In this document: positions 7,954 through 17,059 of the stretch, in pieces
Layout of the letters: every line of letters starts with the position of its first letter
How positions within the stretch are numbered: the first letter of the stretch is position 1
Virus record (IMG/VR): IMGVR_UViG_3300005573_000202
Location: 1 to 34,914 of that record
Reading direction: 5' to 3' (one strand)
Length of the DNA: 34,914 nucleotides
Origin: a virus
Taxonomy: Duplodnaviria; Caudoviricetes
Made by a program: the position numbers and the translations under genes
The notes under the pieces: generated by a model
What the model was told of the DNA's origin: nothing
Database searches by the model: none
Seen by the model: the letters and a program-made list of their open reading frames with translations, nothing else

Positions 7954-8532
7954 TTAGGCGATGCGGTAGACCCGCTCGCCGCCCTTTGGCTTGTCCGAGA
8001 CGATGGTCAGGCCGAGCTTTTTCTTGAGGGCTCCGGCCAAGGTGCCGCGCACCGTGTGCGCCTGCCAGCCGGTCGCGGCGCAGATCTGGCCGATGGTGGC
8101 GCCCTCGGGGCGCTGCAGCATCCGGATCACGTCGGCCTGCTTGCTGTTGGGACGGGTACGAGGCGCTTTGACGGGTGGTTTGAAGGATGCTTCGGCTTGG
8201 GCGACGGCAGCTTCGAGCTCTGCGTCCGCGTCTGCGGTGTCGTCTTGCGCCGCTTCGGCGTTGGCGATGATCGCGTCGAGTCTGGCCTCCAACGTGGAGA
8301 CGGGCTCGGCGTGGACGTGGGGGCGCGGTAGCCCCAAGGCGTCGTAGCCCTCGGCGGCGACGCACCAGCCCTCACCGTCAGGTGTGATCAGGGCGCGGTT
8401 GAACATCCCGTCGAGCACCTTCTTGCGCGCGCCGCCTTTGACGTGGTCGGGGAACCAGTCGATCTTGCCGCCGCTGGTGTGGATGGCCTTGGCGAGGATG
8501 GCGTGCTGGGCCGGGGTGAGTTGGGTGGTCAT
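7954..8532 (-). CDS. DUF3489-like winged-helix protein (cassette 2)
   Basis: C-terminal RPNSKQADVIRMLQRPEGATIGQICAATGWQAHTVRG...GERVYRI; GAAGGAG RBS. Confidence 0.85.
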   Translation of the reverse strand: MTTQLTPAQHAILAKAIHTSGGKIDWFPDHVKGGARKKVLDGMFNRALITPDGEGWCVAAEGYDALGLPRPHVHAEPVSTLEARLDAIIANAEAAQDDTADADAELEAAVAQAEASFKPPVKAPRTRPNSKQADVIRMLQRPEGATIGQICAATGWQAHTVRGTLAGALKKKLGLTIVSDKPKGGERVYRIA

Positions 8533-8564
8533 GGGCTGCTCCTTCGGGGGTGGTGGATGGCGAA

Positions 8565-8613
8565 GTGATGAACGCGCTGTTTGGGATTGAAGCCAAGCGC
8601 TTTGTGCTTGGCT
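8565..8613 (-). promoter_or_regulatory. Conserved upstream repeat, copy B
   Basis: GTGATGAACGCGCTGTT-N7-GAAGCCAAGC, with palindrome AGCCAAGC-N7-GCTTGGCT; about 39 nt from the ATG at 8532. Confidence 0.7.
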
Positions 8614-8627
8614 CCCGCGCCTCTTGG

Positions 8628-8825
8628 TCAGTTGTTGGGCTTCTCCGACTTCTTGGCCTTGCGGGCTTGCTCGACACCTGCGTTGAACGCTGCTTCGAGG
8701 GCATCACGAAGTCGCCAGACCGAGACGTCGTGGAAGTCAAGGCGGTCCGACTTGCGGGTTTCGAGGGTGTCGATGTCCAGATGCTTCTGGGCGATCAGGG
8801 TGAGGATGGTGTCGATCTGGCTCAT
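8628..8825 (-). CDS. DUF6900-like small protein, 65 aa (cassette 1)
   Basis: IAQKHLDIDTLETRKSDRLDFHDVSVWRLRDALEAAFNAG; GAAAGGA RBS. Confidence 0.8.
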   Translation of the reverse strand: MSQIDTILTLIAQKHLDIDTLETRKSDRLDFHDVSVWRLRDALEAAFNAGVEQARKAKKSEKPNN

Positions 8826-8856
8826 GGCGTTTCCTTTCGGGGTTGGTTGGCGTGAC

Positions 8857-8890
8857 GTGATGAACGCGCTGTTCCCGAAGAAAGCCAAGC
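8857..8890 (-). promoter_or_regulatory. Conserved upstream repeat, copy C
   Basis: GTGATGAACGCGCTGTT-N7-AAAGCCAAGC; about 38 nt from the ATG at 8825. Confidence 0.7.
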
Positions 8891-8943
8891 TCAATCTGCG
8901 GACGGATTTGAAAAAATTTGCGAACAAATGATTGAAGGTGACG

Positions 8944-9489
8944 ATGGGACTTTCCATTCGCGCCTACGCGCGCCACCGTGGCGTGTCGCACGTGGCCGTG
9001 AAGAAGGCCATCGACACTGGGCGGATCACGCCGCTACCTGACGGCACGATCGATCCGGATGCGGCGGACGCGCAGTGGGCTCAAAACACCTTGCAACCCC
9101 GCAAGACGGCAGCACAGGAGAAGGCCAGTCCTGCGAAGGCGCGTGTACTGCCCGAGCGTGAGGCGCTCGAACCCAATGCCCCACCGTTGTCGACGGGCGG
9201 CACGTCGCTGTTGCAGGCGCGCACGGTCAACGAGGTGCTCAAGGCCAAGCTCAACAACCTGGAGCTGGCACACCGCAAGAAGGAACTGGTGGATCGGGCG
9301 CAGGCCGTGGCCCACGTGTTCAAGCTCGCGCGCATTGAGCGCGACGCGTGGTTGAATTGGCCTGCGCGCATCTCCGGCCAGATGGCCTCCACGCTCGGGG
9401 TCGATGCACACCGGATGCACGTGGCCTTGGAGACGGCCGTGCGTGAGCACCTGATCGAACTGGGCGAGCTGCGCCCGCGCGTGGATTGA
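8944..9489 (+). CDS. Terminase small subunit (Nu1-like)
   Basis: N-terminal HTH (LSIRAYARHRGVSHVAVKKAI) and a helical C-terminus; lies directly upstream of the large subunit. Confidence 0.78.
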   Translation: MGLSIRAYARHRGVSHVAVKKAIDTGRITPLPDGTIDPDAADAQWAQNTLQPRKTAAQEKASPAKARVLPEREALEPNAPPLSTGGTSLLQARTVNEVLKAKLNNLELAHRKKELVDRAQAVAHVFKLARIERDAWLNWPARISGQMASTLGVDAHRMHVALETAVREHLIELGELRPRVD

Positions 9490-9491
9490 CA

Positions 9492-11459
9492 ATGGACGAT
9501 TACGAAGGCGCTGTTGAGATCGAGCGCGCCTGGCGCGAAGGACTGACGCCCGACCCGTTGCTCACGGTGTCGGAATGGTCGGACCGCCACCGGATGCTGT
9601 CGAGCAAAGCGTCTGCCGAGCCGGGGCGTTGGCGCACCAGCCGCACGCCGTACCTGAAGGACATCATGGATTGCCTGTCGCCGACCTCGCCGGTCGAGCG
9701 GGTGGTGTTCATGAAGGCCGCGCAGCTGGGCGCGACCGAGATGGGCTCGAACTGGATCGGCTACGTGATCCACCACGCGCCCGGGCCGATGATGGCGGTT
9801 TGGCCGACGGTGGAGATGGCCAAGCGCAACTCCAAGCAGCGGATCGACCCGCTGATCGAGGAGTCACCGGCGCTCGCTGAACTGATCGCCCCGGCCCGCT
9901 CGCGCGATTCGGGCAACACCATCCTCGCCAAGGAGTTCCGGGGCGGCGTGCTCGTAATGACCGGCGCGAACAGCGCGGTGGGCCTGCGCTCGATGCCGGT
10001 GCGCTATCTGTTCCTCGACGAGGTCGATGGCTACCCGTTGGACGTCGAGGGCGAAGGCGATGCGATCTCACTGGCCGAGGCGCGTACCCGAACCTTCGCG
10101 CGGCGCAAGATCTTCATTGTCTCGACGCCGACGATCTCTGGTGCGAGCGCCATCGAGCGGGAGTACGAGGCCAGCGACCAGCGCCGCTACTTCGTGCCGT
10201 GCCCACACTGCAACCACTCGCAGTGGTTGCGCTTCGAGCAACTGCGCTGGGACAAGGGGCAGCCGGAATCCGCCGCCTACGTCTGCGAGGCCTGCGACGC
10301 GCGCATTGCCGAGCACCACAAGACCTGGATGCTGGAACACGGCGAGTGGCGCGCGATGGCACAAAGCAAGACGGCAGGCTTTCACTTGTCGTCTCTGTAC
10401 AGCCCGGTGGGCTGGCGATCCTGGCGTGACATCGCTGCCGCGTGGGAAGCCGCCGTCAACAAAGAGTCGGGGTCGGCGGCCGCGATCAAGACCTTCAAGA
10501 ACACCGAACTGGGTGAAACCTGGGTCGAGGAAGGTGAAGCGCCGGACTGGCAACGGCTGGTCGAGCGGCGAGAGGACTACCCCCTGGGCCGGGTGCCCGA
10601 GGGTGGCCTCTTGCTGGTGGGCGGCGCCGACGTGCAGAAGGACCGCATCGAGGCGTCCATCTGGGCCTTTGGGCGCGGCAAGGAATCGTGGCTGGTCGAG
10701 CACCGAGTCCTGATGGGCGATACCGCACGAGACGCGGTATGGAAGCGCCTGGCGGAACTGGTCACGGAGCACTGGACGCACGCATCGGGGGCGGCCATGC
10801 CGCTGGCCCGCTTCGCGCTGGACACCGGCTTTGCGACGCAGGAGGCATACGCCTTCGTGCGAGCCTGCCACGATGCGCGCGTGATGGCGGTCAAGGGTGT
10901 GCGAAGTGGGGCGATGGGGGGCGCCGCCCTGATCGGCACACCGACTGCGGTCGATGTTTCGCAGGCCGGCAAGAGGCTGCGCCGGGGCATCAAGGTCTAC
11001 ACCGTGGCGGTCGGCATCGCCAAGCTTGAGCTCTACAACAACCTGCGCAAGTGCGCGGATGTCGCCGACGACGGCACCACGCCGATCTACCCGGCCGGTT
11101 TCGTCCACCTGCCCAAGATCGACGCCGAGTTCATCCAGCAGCTCTGTGCCGAGCAACTGATCACGCGCCGCGACCGCAACGGCTTCCCGGTGCGCGAGTG
11201 GCAAAAGATGCGCGAGCGCAATGAAGCGCTCGACTGCTACGTCTATGCCCGCGCGGCCGCGTCCAGTGCGGGACTGGACCGCTTCGAGGAACGCCACTGG
11301 CGGGAGTTGGAGCGGCAACTGGGGGTAGCACCCCCACCGGATGCGCCACCGCACATCCACGACATCGAATTGAACGAGGCCACCCCCAGCGGTGGCCTCG
11401 CTGCTTCTGGCACCCGCCGTAGCGGCCGGCGTGTCATCCGCAGCCGTTGGCTTCGCTGA
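9492..11459 (+). CDS. Terminase large subunit, lambda GpA family
   Basis: Deviant Walker A KAAQLGATE, Walker B LFLDEVD, STPT coupling motif, CPHC/CEAC zinc ribbon, nuclease motifs GADVQ and RNEALDC. Confidence 0.96.
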   Translation: MDDYEGAVEIERAWREGLTPDPLLTVSEWSDRHRMLSSKASAEPGRWRTSRTPYLKDIMDCLSPTSPVERVVFMKAAQLGATEMGSNWIGYVIHHAPGPMMAVWPTVEMAKRNSKQRIDPLIEESPALAELIAPARSRDSGNTILAKEFRGGVLVMTGANSAVGLRSMPVRYLFLDEVDGYPLDVEGEGDAISLAEARTRTFARRKIFIVSTPTISGASAIEREYEASDQRRYFVPCPHCNHSQWLRFEQLRWDKGQPESAAYVCEACDARIAEHHKTWMLEHGEWRAMAQSKTAGFHLSSLYSPVGWRSWRDIAAAWEAAVNKESGSAAAIKTFKNTELGETWVEEGEAPDWQRLVERREDYPLGRVPEGGLLLVGGADVQKDRIEASIWAFGRGKESWLVEHRVLMGDTARDAVWKRLAELVTEHWTHASGAAMPLARFALDTGFATQEAYAFVRACHDARVMAVKGVRSGAMGGAALIGTPTAVDVSQAGKRLRRGIKVYTVAVGIAKLELYNNLRKCADVADDGTTPIYPAGFVHLPKIDAEFIQQLCAEQLITRRDRNGFPVREWQKMRERNEALDCYVYARAAASSAGLDRFEERHWRELERQLGVAPPPDAPPHIHDIELNEATPSGGLAASGTRRSGRRVIRSRWLR

Positions 11460-11489
11460 CCGCGGCCACCTTCAACCCAAGGAGAAAAC

Positions 11490-11981
11490 ATGAGTCTTGC
11501 TACCCGTATCGAGAGCCTGGTCATCCGGGTCGCCCAGGAGTTCAACGACGTCCGGGCCACCGCAGGCAATCTCGCCAGCCTGTCCACCACCGACAAGTCG
11601 AGCCTAGTCGCGGCGATCAACGAACTGAAGGCGGCGGTGCTGTCCGCCACCACCATCGACGACAGCCAGATCGCCACCTCCACCACCTACTCGTCGAACA
11701 AGATCGCATCGCTGCTCGACGCGCTCAAGGCCGACATCCTCGGTGGAGCGGACGCCGCCTACGACACCCTGGTGGAGATCCAGCAACTGCTGCAAAGCGG
11801 CACCAGTGGGCTGGATGCCTTGCTGGCCGCCGTGAACCTGCGTGTGCGATTCGATGGCGAGCAGACCCTCAATGCAGCGCAGCAGGCGCAGGCCCGCAGC
11901 AATATCGGAGCGGTGGCCGCCAGTGATGTGGGCGATACCGACACCGATTTTGTGGCGATCTTCGACGGGGCCTTGGTCTGA
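11490..11981 (+). CDS. Putative virion fibre/appendage shaft protein, 163 aa
   Basis: AAGGAG RBS; coiled-coil fibre-like motifs TTDKSSLVAAINELK, AYDTLVEIQ and QQAQARSNIG. Confidence 0.6.
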   Translation: MSLATRIESLVIRVAQEFNDVRATAGNLASLSTTDKSSLVAAINELKAAVLSATTIDDSQIATSTTYSSNKIASLLDALKADILGGADAAYDTLVEIQQLLQSGTSGLDALLAAVNLRVRFDGEQTLNAAQQAQARSNIGAVAASDVGDTDTDFVAIFDGALV

Positions 11982-12373
11982 TGTCCCTGGTTCAACGCGT
12001 GGCCGATCTGGCGGCGCGCGTGGGTGATGTGGTGGCTAGCAAGATCGACGCGACCCACCCTGGTCTTGCCCGGGCTTGGGTGTGCTTCGGCTATGTCGGC
12101 AACCAGATCGTCGTGCGTGGATCGCACAACGTCGCCAGCGTGACGCGGACGGCAGCTGGCCGCTACCGCGTGACCTTTGCCACGCCGATGCCGGACGCGA
12201 ACTACTGCTGGACAGCACTCGCCCGCAGCAGTGTGGACACGGGCCAGCAACGCATCGCCGTGGTGCGTGCCACGGCGGATGCCAAGACCGCGCACTACGT
12301 CGACATCAGCTGCACGACCGCCGCGTCCAGTTTTGCGGACTCCTCCGAAGTCAATCTCGTGGTGTATCGCTGA
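11981..12373 (+). CDS. Putative fibre-tip-like beta-domain protein, 130 aa
   Basis: RAWVCFG...GSHNVASVTRTAAGRYRVTF...PDANY resembles C-terminal domains of phage fibres; translationally coupled on both sides. Confidence 0.6.
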   Translation: MSLVQRVADLAARVGDVVASKIDATHPGLARAWVCFGYVGNQIVVRGSHNVASVTRTAAGRYRVTFATPMPDANYCWTALARSSVDTGQQRIAVVRATADAKTAHYVDISCTTAASSFADSSEVNLVVYR

Positions 12374-12594
12374 TGGCCTACACACAAGCGCATCTCGACG
12401 CACTGGAAGCCGCAGTCGCCAAGGGGGAACGGCGTGTGACCTTTGCCGACAAGACGGTCGAGTACCGCTCGGTCGACGAGCTCAAGGCGGCGATCCGCGA
12501 GGTCAAACGCGAACTCTTCGAACAGGCGGCTGCCACCGGGCTGTGGCCCGGTGCGCCGCGCCAGATCCGCGTCACCACGAACAAGGGGTTCTGA
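12373..12594 (+). CDS. Head-to-tail joining protein, gpW-like
   Basis: 73 aa; LDALEAAVAKGERRVTFADKTVEYRSVDELK; directly before the portal. Confidence 0.85.
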   Translation: MAYTQAHLDALEAAVAKGERRVTFADKTVEYRSVDELKAAIREVKRELFEQAAATGLWPGAPRQIRVTTNKGF

Positions 12595-12595
12595 G

Positions 12596-14104
12596 ATGGC
12601 CTGGTTCTCCCAAGCCGTGCGCCGCTTGTTCGGTGCCTCGCCGGTACATGAAGCCGCTGGGCGTGGCCGTCGCTCGCTGGCTTGGATGCCCGGCAACCCG
12701 GGCGCGGTCGCCGCGATGCTGGCGAGCAGCAACGAACTGCGTATCAAAAGCCGCGACCTCGTGCGCCGCAATGCCTGGGCGCAGGCCGGGATCGAAGCCT
12801 TCGTGGCCAACGCGGTCGGCACCGGCATCAAGCCGCAAAGCCTGTCTGGCGACGAACGGTTCAAGGCCGAAGTCCAAGCCCTCTGGCGCGACTGGACGGA
12901 GGAAGCCGATGCCGCCGGACAGACCGATTTCTACGGCCTGCAGGCGCTGGCGTGTCGGGCGATGCTCGAAGGTGGCGAATGCCTGATCCGACTGCGGCCA
13001 CGCCGTCCGGAGGACGGACTGGTCGTGCCGCTGCAGCTTCAACTTCTGGAGCCGGAACACCTGCCGATCTCCCTCAACACCGATTTGCCGTCGGGCAACG
13101 TGGTGCGATCGGGTATCGAGTTCGACAGCCTGGGTCGGCGTGTGGCCTACCACCTGTACCGCTCGCACCCGGAGGACGGTCGCCTCGCGCCGATGTCGGG
13201 CCAGGGCGGCATGGACACGGTGCGCGTGGATGCGCGCGAGATCATCCATCTGTACCGCGTGTTGCGCCCGGGCCAGATCCGGGGCGAGCCTTGGTTGTCG
13301 CGGGCGCTCGTCAAGCTCAACGAACTCGACCAATACGACGATGCCGAGCTGGTGCGCAAGAAAACCGCCGCGATGTTCGCGGGTTTCGTGACGCGCCAGA
13401 ACCCCGAGGACAACCTGATGGGCGAAGGCCCCGCCGACGGCGACGGCATCGCCCTCGCCGGGCTGGAGCCTGGGACCTTGCAGATTCTCGAGCCCGGCGA
13501 GGACATCAAGTTCTCCGATCCCGCCGACGTGGGCGGTTCATATTCCGAATTCCTGCGCACGCAGTTCCGGGCAGTCGCTGCCGCCATTGGCATCACCTAC
13601 GAGCAGTTGACTGGTGATCTGACCGGCGTCAACTACTCGTCCATCCGCGCCGGGATGCTGGAGTTCCGGCGTCGCTGCGAGATGGTGCAGCACGGCGTGC
13701 TGGTGCATCAGATGTGCCGCCCAGTGTGGGCGGCGTGGATGAAGCAGGCCGTGCTCGCCGGGGCACTGGATGCGCCGGGCTTCGCACGCGGCGGGCCTGC
13801 CCGCCGTCGCCAGTATCTCGCGGTGAAGTGGATTCCGCAGGGCTGGCAGTGGGTCGATCCCGAGAAGGAATTCAAGGCGATGTTGCTGGCCATCCGAGCG
13901 GGCTTGATGTCGCGCTCGGAAGCCATCTCGGCCTTCGGCTACGACGCCGAGGATGTTGACCGCGAGATCGCCGCCGACAATCGGCGCGCCGATGACCTCG
14001 GTTTGATCCTCGACTCGGACCCGCGTCATACATCGAAAGACGGTGGCTTGGCCACCGCGAACGCTGCCGGCGCTGCGCCAACCGGCAGCCCATCGCCTGC
14101 CTGA
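12596..14104 (+). CDS. Portal protein, lambda gpB family
   Basis: SRDLVRRNAWA, RPGQIRGEP, NYSSIRAG and WVDPEKE motifs; 502 aa. Confidence 0.96.
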   Translation: MAWFSQAVRRLFGASPVHEAAGRGRRSLAWMPGNPGAVAAMLASSNELRIKSRDLVRRNAWAQAGIEAFVANAVGTGIKPQSLSGDERFKAEVQALWRDWTEEADAAGQTDFYGLQALACRAMLEGGECLIRLRPRRPEDGLVVPLQLQLLEPEHLPISLNTDLPSGNVVRSGIEFDSLGRRVAYHLYRSHPEDGRLAPMSGQGGMDTVRVDAREIIHLYRVLRPGQIRGEPWLSRALVKLNELDQYDDAELVRKKTAAMFAGFVTRQNPEDNLMGEGPADGDGIALAGLEPGTLQILEPGEDIKFSDPADVGGSYSEFLRTQFRAVAAAIGITYEQLTGDLTGVNYSSIRAGMLEFRRRCEMVQHGVLVHQMCRPVWAAWMKQAVLAGALDAPGFARGGPARRRQYLAVKWIPQGWQWVDPEKEFKAMLLAIRAGLMSRSEAISAFGYDAEDVDREIAADNRRADDLGLILDSDPRHTSKDGGLATANAAGAAPTGSPSPA

Positions 14105-14114
14105 AGGACTTCCC

Positions 14115-15359
14115 ATGACCCTGCTGCCGCATCTGGCGGCGCGCCTCTTTGGCGTGCCGCTGGCCATTCATCGCCCAAAACTTGACGTGATCCTAGCCGT
14201 GCTCGGACCCCGGGTCGGCCTTGCCGATCTGGCCGCCGCCCCCGGCTACACGTCGCCCCAGCGTGACAGCAGCGCCACGTCCGGATCACCGCCCGGTGTG
14301 GCGGTCATTCCGATTCACGGCACGCTGGTGCGCCGCACCGTGGGGCTGGAAGCCGAGTCGGGGCTGACCAGTTACACGGATCTCGCCGCGCAACTGGACG
14401 CCGCCATCGGCAATCCGGCGGTGTCGGCCATCCTGCTCGACATCGATTCGCCGGGTGGCGAGTCGGGTGGTGTGTTCGATCTGGCCGACCGTATCCGCAC
14501 AGCCAGCCAGATCAAGCCGGTCTGGGCCGTGGCCAACGACATGGCCTTCTCGGCCGCCTACGCGCTGGCGTCCGCCGCCAGCCGTGTGTTCGTCTCGCGC
14601 ACGGGCGGTGTGGGGTCGATTGGCGTCATCGCGATGCACGTCGACCAGTCCGAGAAGGACGCGCAGGACGGCGTTCGTTACACCGCCGTGTTCGCGGGCG
14701 ACCGCAAGAACGACCTCAACCCGCACGAGCCGATCTCGAGCGAGGCCCACGCCTTTCTCAAGGCGGAGGTGAATCGCATCTATGGCCTGTTCGTCGAGAC
14801 GGTGGCCCGCAACCGCCGGCTGGAGCCGTCCGCCGTGCGCGACACCGAGGCCGGACTGTTTTTTGGGCAGGCCGCTGTCGCCATGGGCCTGGCCGACGCC
14901 GTCGGCACCTTCGACGACGCGCTGGCGCAGCTGCTCGCATCCCTTTCCCCCAACCCGACTCCGGTGGCCGTGGCCGCGCGGGCGGGCTTACTCAGCAACC
15001 ACCCCAAGGAGTCCTTGATGAATGATCGAACCGACCCCGCTGCTCTGGATCGGCCTCTTGCTGATCCTGTGGGCAGTCCTGCTCAATCGCCCGCCACTAC
15101 GTTGACCGTTTTGGAGGCCGTCGAGATCGCGCAGACCTGCACGCTCGCCGGTCGCACCGACCTGATCGCGGGTTTTCTCGAAGCACAGGTCACGCCGGCC
15201 AAGGTGCGCAGCCAATTGCTGGCCGCTCAGGCCGACGCCAGCCCAGAGATCGTCACGCGCATCGCGCCCGATGCGGCCGCATCCACTGCCAGCAACCCGC
15301 TGATCGATGCGGCCAAGCAACTCGCCGCCCAGGCGGCGACGCTCAAGAAGGAGATTTGA
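14115..15359 (+). CDS. S49-family prohead protease (gpC-like) with C-terminal scaffold region
   Basis: LLDIDSPGG, AFSAAYALAS and GSIGV S49 motifs, followed by an Ala/Pro-rich C-terminus. Confidence 0.94.
   Translation: MTLLPHLAARLFGVPLAIHRPKLDVILAVLGPRVGLADLAAAPGYTSPQRDSSATSGSPPGVAVIPIHGTLVRRTVGLEAESGLTSYTDLAAQLDAAIGNPAVSAILLDIDSPGGESGGVFDLADRIRTASQIKPVWAVANDMAFSAAYALASAASRVFVSRTGGVGSIGVIAMHVDQSEKDAQDGVRYTAVFAGDRKNDLNPHEPISSEAHAFLKAEVNRIYGLFVETVARNRRLEPSAVRDTEAGLFFGQAAVAMGLADAVGTFDDALAQLLASLSPNPTPVAVAARAGLLSNHPKESLMNDRTDPAALDRPLADPVGSPAQSPATTLTVLEAVEIAQTCTLAGRTDLIAGFLEAQVTPAKVRSQLLAAQADASPEIVTRIAPDAAASTASNPLIDAAKQLAAQAATLKKEI
15018..15359 (+). CDS. Nested in-frame scaffolding protein (Nu3-like)
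   Basis: AAGGAG at 15006-15011, 6 nt before an in-frame ATG inside the protease gene; same arrangement as lambda C/Nu3. Confidence 0.65.
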   Translation: MNDRTDPAALDRPLADPVGSPAQSPATTLTVLEAVEIAQTCTLAGRTDLIAGFLEAQVTPAKVRSQLLAAQADASPEIVTRIAPDAAASTASNPLIDAAKQLAAQAATLKKEI

Positions 15360-15360
15360 A

Positions 15361-15741
15361 ATGGCTACCGTTTTCACCGAGGGCATGAACCTGGGCGACC
15401 TGCTCAAGTACGAAGCGCCCAACCTGTACTCGCGTGACCGCGTCACCGTGGCCGCAGGCCAGAACCTGCCGCTGGGCACGGTCGTTGGCATGGTCACCGC
15501 CACCGGCAAGGTCAAGCAGATCGACCCGTCCGCTGAGGATGGTTCGCAGGTCGCTGCAGGCGTGCTGCTGCAAAACTGCGACGCCACGCTGGCCGACCGT
15601 GACAACGGCCTCGTCGTTGCGCGTCACGCCATCGTGTCCGACCACGCGCTCGTGTGGCCCGAGGCCATCACCGCTGCCGAGAAGGCGTCGGCCATGGCCC
15701 AGCTCAAGGCGCTGGGCGTCCTCGTCCGTCAAGGAGTCTGA
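15361..15741 (+). CDS. Head decoration protein (gpD-like)
   Basis: 126 aa between protease and capsid; AAGQNLPLGTVVG...DGSQVAAGVL; AAGGAG RBS. Confidence 0.88.
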   Translation: MATVFTEGMNLGDLLKYEAPNLYSRDRVTVAAGQNLPLGTVVGMVTATGKVKQIDPSAEDGSQVAAGVLLQNCDATLADRDNGLVVARHAIVSDHALVWPEAITAAEKASAMAQLKALGVLVRQGV

Positions 15742-15743
15742 CC

Positions 15744-16754
15744 ATGCAGAACATCTTCGAAAACCCCGCCTTCTCGATGTCGGCACTGACGACTGCCATC
15801 AACCTGCTGCCCAACAACTACGACCGCCTGGCCCAGATGGGGCTGTTCGTCGACCGTCCGCAGCGCTTCCGCTCGATCATCGTCGAGCAGCAGAACGGCG
15901 TGCTGACCTTGCTGCCGACGATGCCCGTGGGCTCGCCGGGCACGGTCGGCGTGCGCGGCCAGCGCAACGTGCGTTCGTTCCACATCCCGCACATCCCGCA
16001 CGATGACGTGGTACTGCCCGAGGAGGTGCAAGGCATCCGTGCCTTCGGCTCGGAGACGGAACTGCAGACGGTGGCGGGCGTGATGGCGCAGCACCTGCAG
16101 ACGATGCGCAACAAGCACGCGATCACCCTGGAGCACCTGCGCTTCGGCGCGCTCAAGGGGCTGATCCTCGATGCGGACGGCAGCGTGATTTACAACCTGT
16201 ACGACGAGTTCCGCATCACCCCGAAGACCTTCGCGTGGAACATCGCCGCGCACGACAGTGATTTCGACGTCGGACAGGCCTGCCGCGAGCTGCTTCGCTA
16301 CGTCGAGGACAACCTGCAGGGCGAGCGGATGACGGGCCTGCACGTCTTTGTCGGCAAGGACTTCTTCGAGGCGCTGGTCAAACACGACGATGTTGTCAAA
16401 GCCTACGAGCGTTATCAGGAAGGTCTGGTGCTTCGCTCTGATCTTCGCAGTGGCTTCACCTTCTGCGGCATTACCTTCGAGGAGCATCGCGGTCGCGCGA
16501 CGGCACCGGGAGGCGGCGTGCGCCGCTTTGTCGAGGACGACGAAGGGCACGCCTTCCCGCTCGGTACGATGGACACCTTCGCCACCTATTACGCACCCGC
16601 CGACTTCAACGAGACGGCCAACACGGTGGCGTTGCCGCTCTACGCCAAGCAGGAACCGCGCAAGTTCGACCGGGGCACCGATCTGCACACGCAGGCCAAC
16701 CCGCTGCCGCTGTGCCACCGCCCACAGTTGCTGGTGAAGCTGGAGATCGCGTGA
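15744..16754 (+). CDS. Major capsid protein (lambda gpE-like)
   Basis: 336 aa; FSMSALTTAIN, TLEHLRFGALKG and terminal QANPLPLCHRP; AAGGAG RBS. Confidence 0.93.
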   Translation: MQNIFENPAFSMSALTTAINLLPNNYDRLAQMGLFVDRPQRFRSIIVEQQNGVLTLLPTMPVGSPGTVGVRGQRNVRSFHIPHIPHDDVVLPEEVQGIRAFGSETELQTVAGVMAQHLQTMRNKHAITLEHLRFGALKGLILDADGSVIYNLYDEFRITPKTFAWNIAAHDSDFDVGQACRELLRYVEDNLQGERMTGLHVFVGKDFFEALVKHDDVVKAYERYQEGLVLRSDLRSGFTFCGITFEEHRGRATAPGGGVRRFVEDDEGHAFPLGTMDTFATYYAPADFNETANTVALPLYAKQEPRKFDRGTDLHTQANPLPLCHRPQLLVKLEIA

Positions 16755-17056
16755 TGGGCCTCGTCGAGCAGGTCTATGCCGCCGCCACCCACGCGGGCCT
16801 GCTGCGTGATTGCCATTGGCAGCCTGCCGATGGCTCGCCGTCGCAGACGCACGCTGTCGGCTTCGCCGCACCGGACGACACCGTGTTCGACGGGCTGGCG
16901 TCGACCACCGACTACCAGATCGCCTACCCGGCATCGGTGCTCAAAGGGCTGGCTGTGTGGGACACGCTGGAGATCGATGGCGTGATCTATCAGGTGCGCG
17001 AGATCCGGGCCGTGGGTGACGGCTCGGAGATGCGCGCCAAGCTCACAAGGCTCTGA
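16754..17056 (+). CDS. Head-tail joining/closure protein (gpFII-like)
   Basis: 100 aa beta-rich protein after the capsid; DTLEIDGVIYQVREIRAVGDGSE. Confidence 0.72.
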   Translation: MGLVEQVYAAATHAGLLRDCHWQPADGSPSQTHAVGFAAPDDTVFDGLASTTDYQIAYPASVLKGLAVWDTLEIDGVIYQVREIRAVGDGSEMRAKLTRL

Positions 17057-17059
17057 CCC

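Noticed and set aside
7900-8890. Cassette repeats as integron attC sites
   Set aside because: They lack the RYYYAAC...GTTRRRY ends and long hairpin, sit at promoter distance upstream of ATGs, and no integron integrase is in view.
11376-11399. Hairpin GAGGCCACC-N6-GGTGGCCTC near the end of the terminase gene
   Set aside because: It is within coding sequence and has no U-tract, so it is not called as a terminator.
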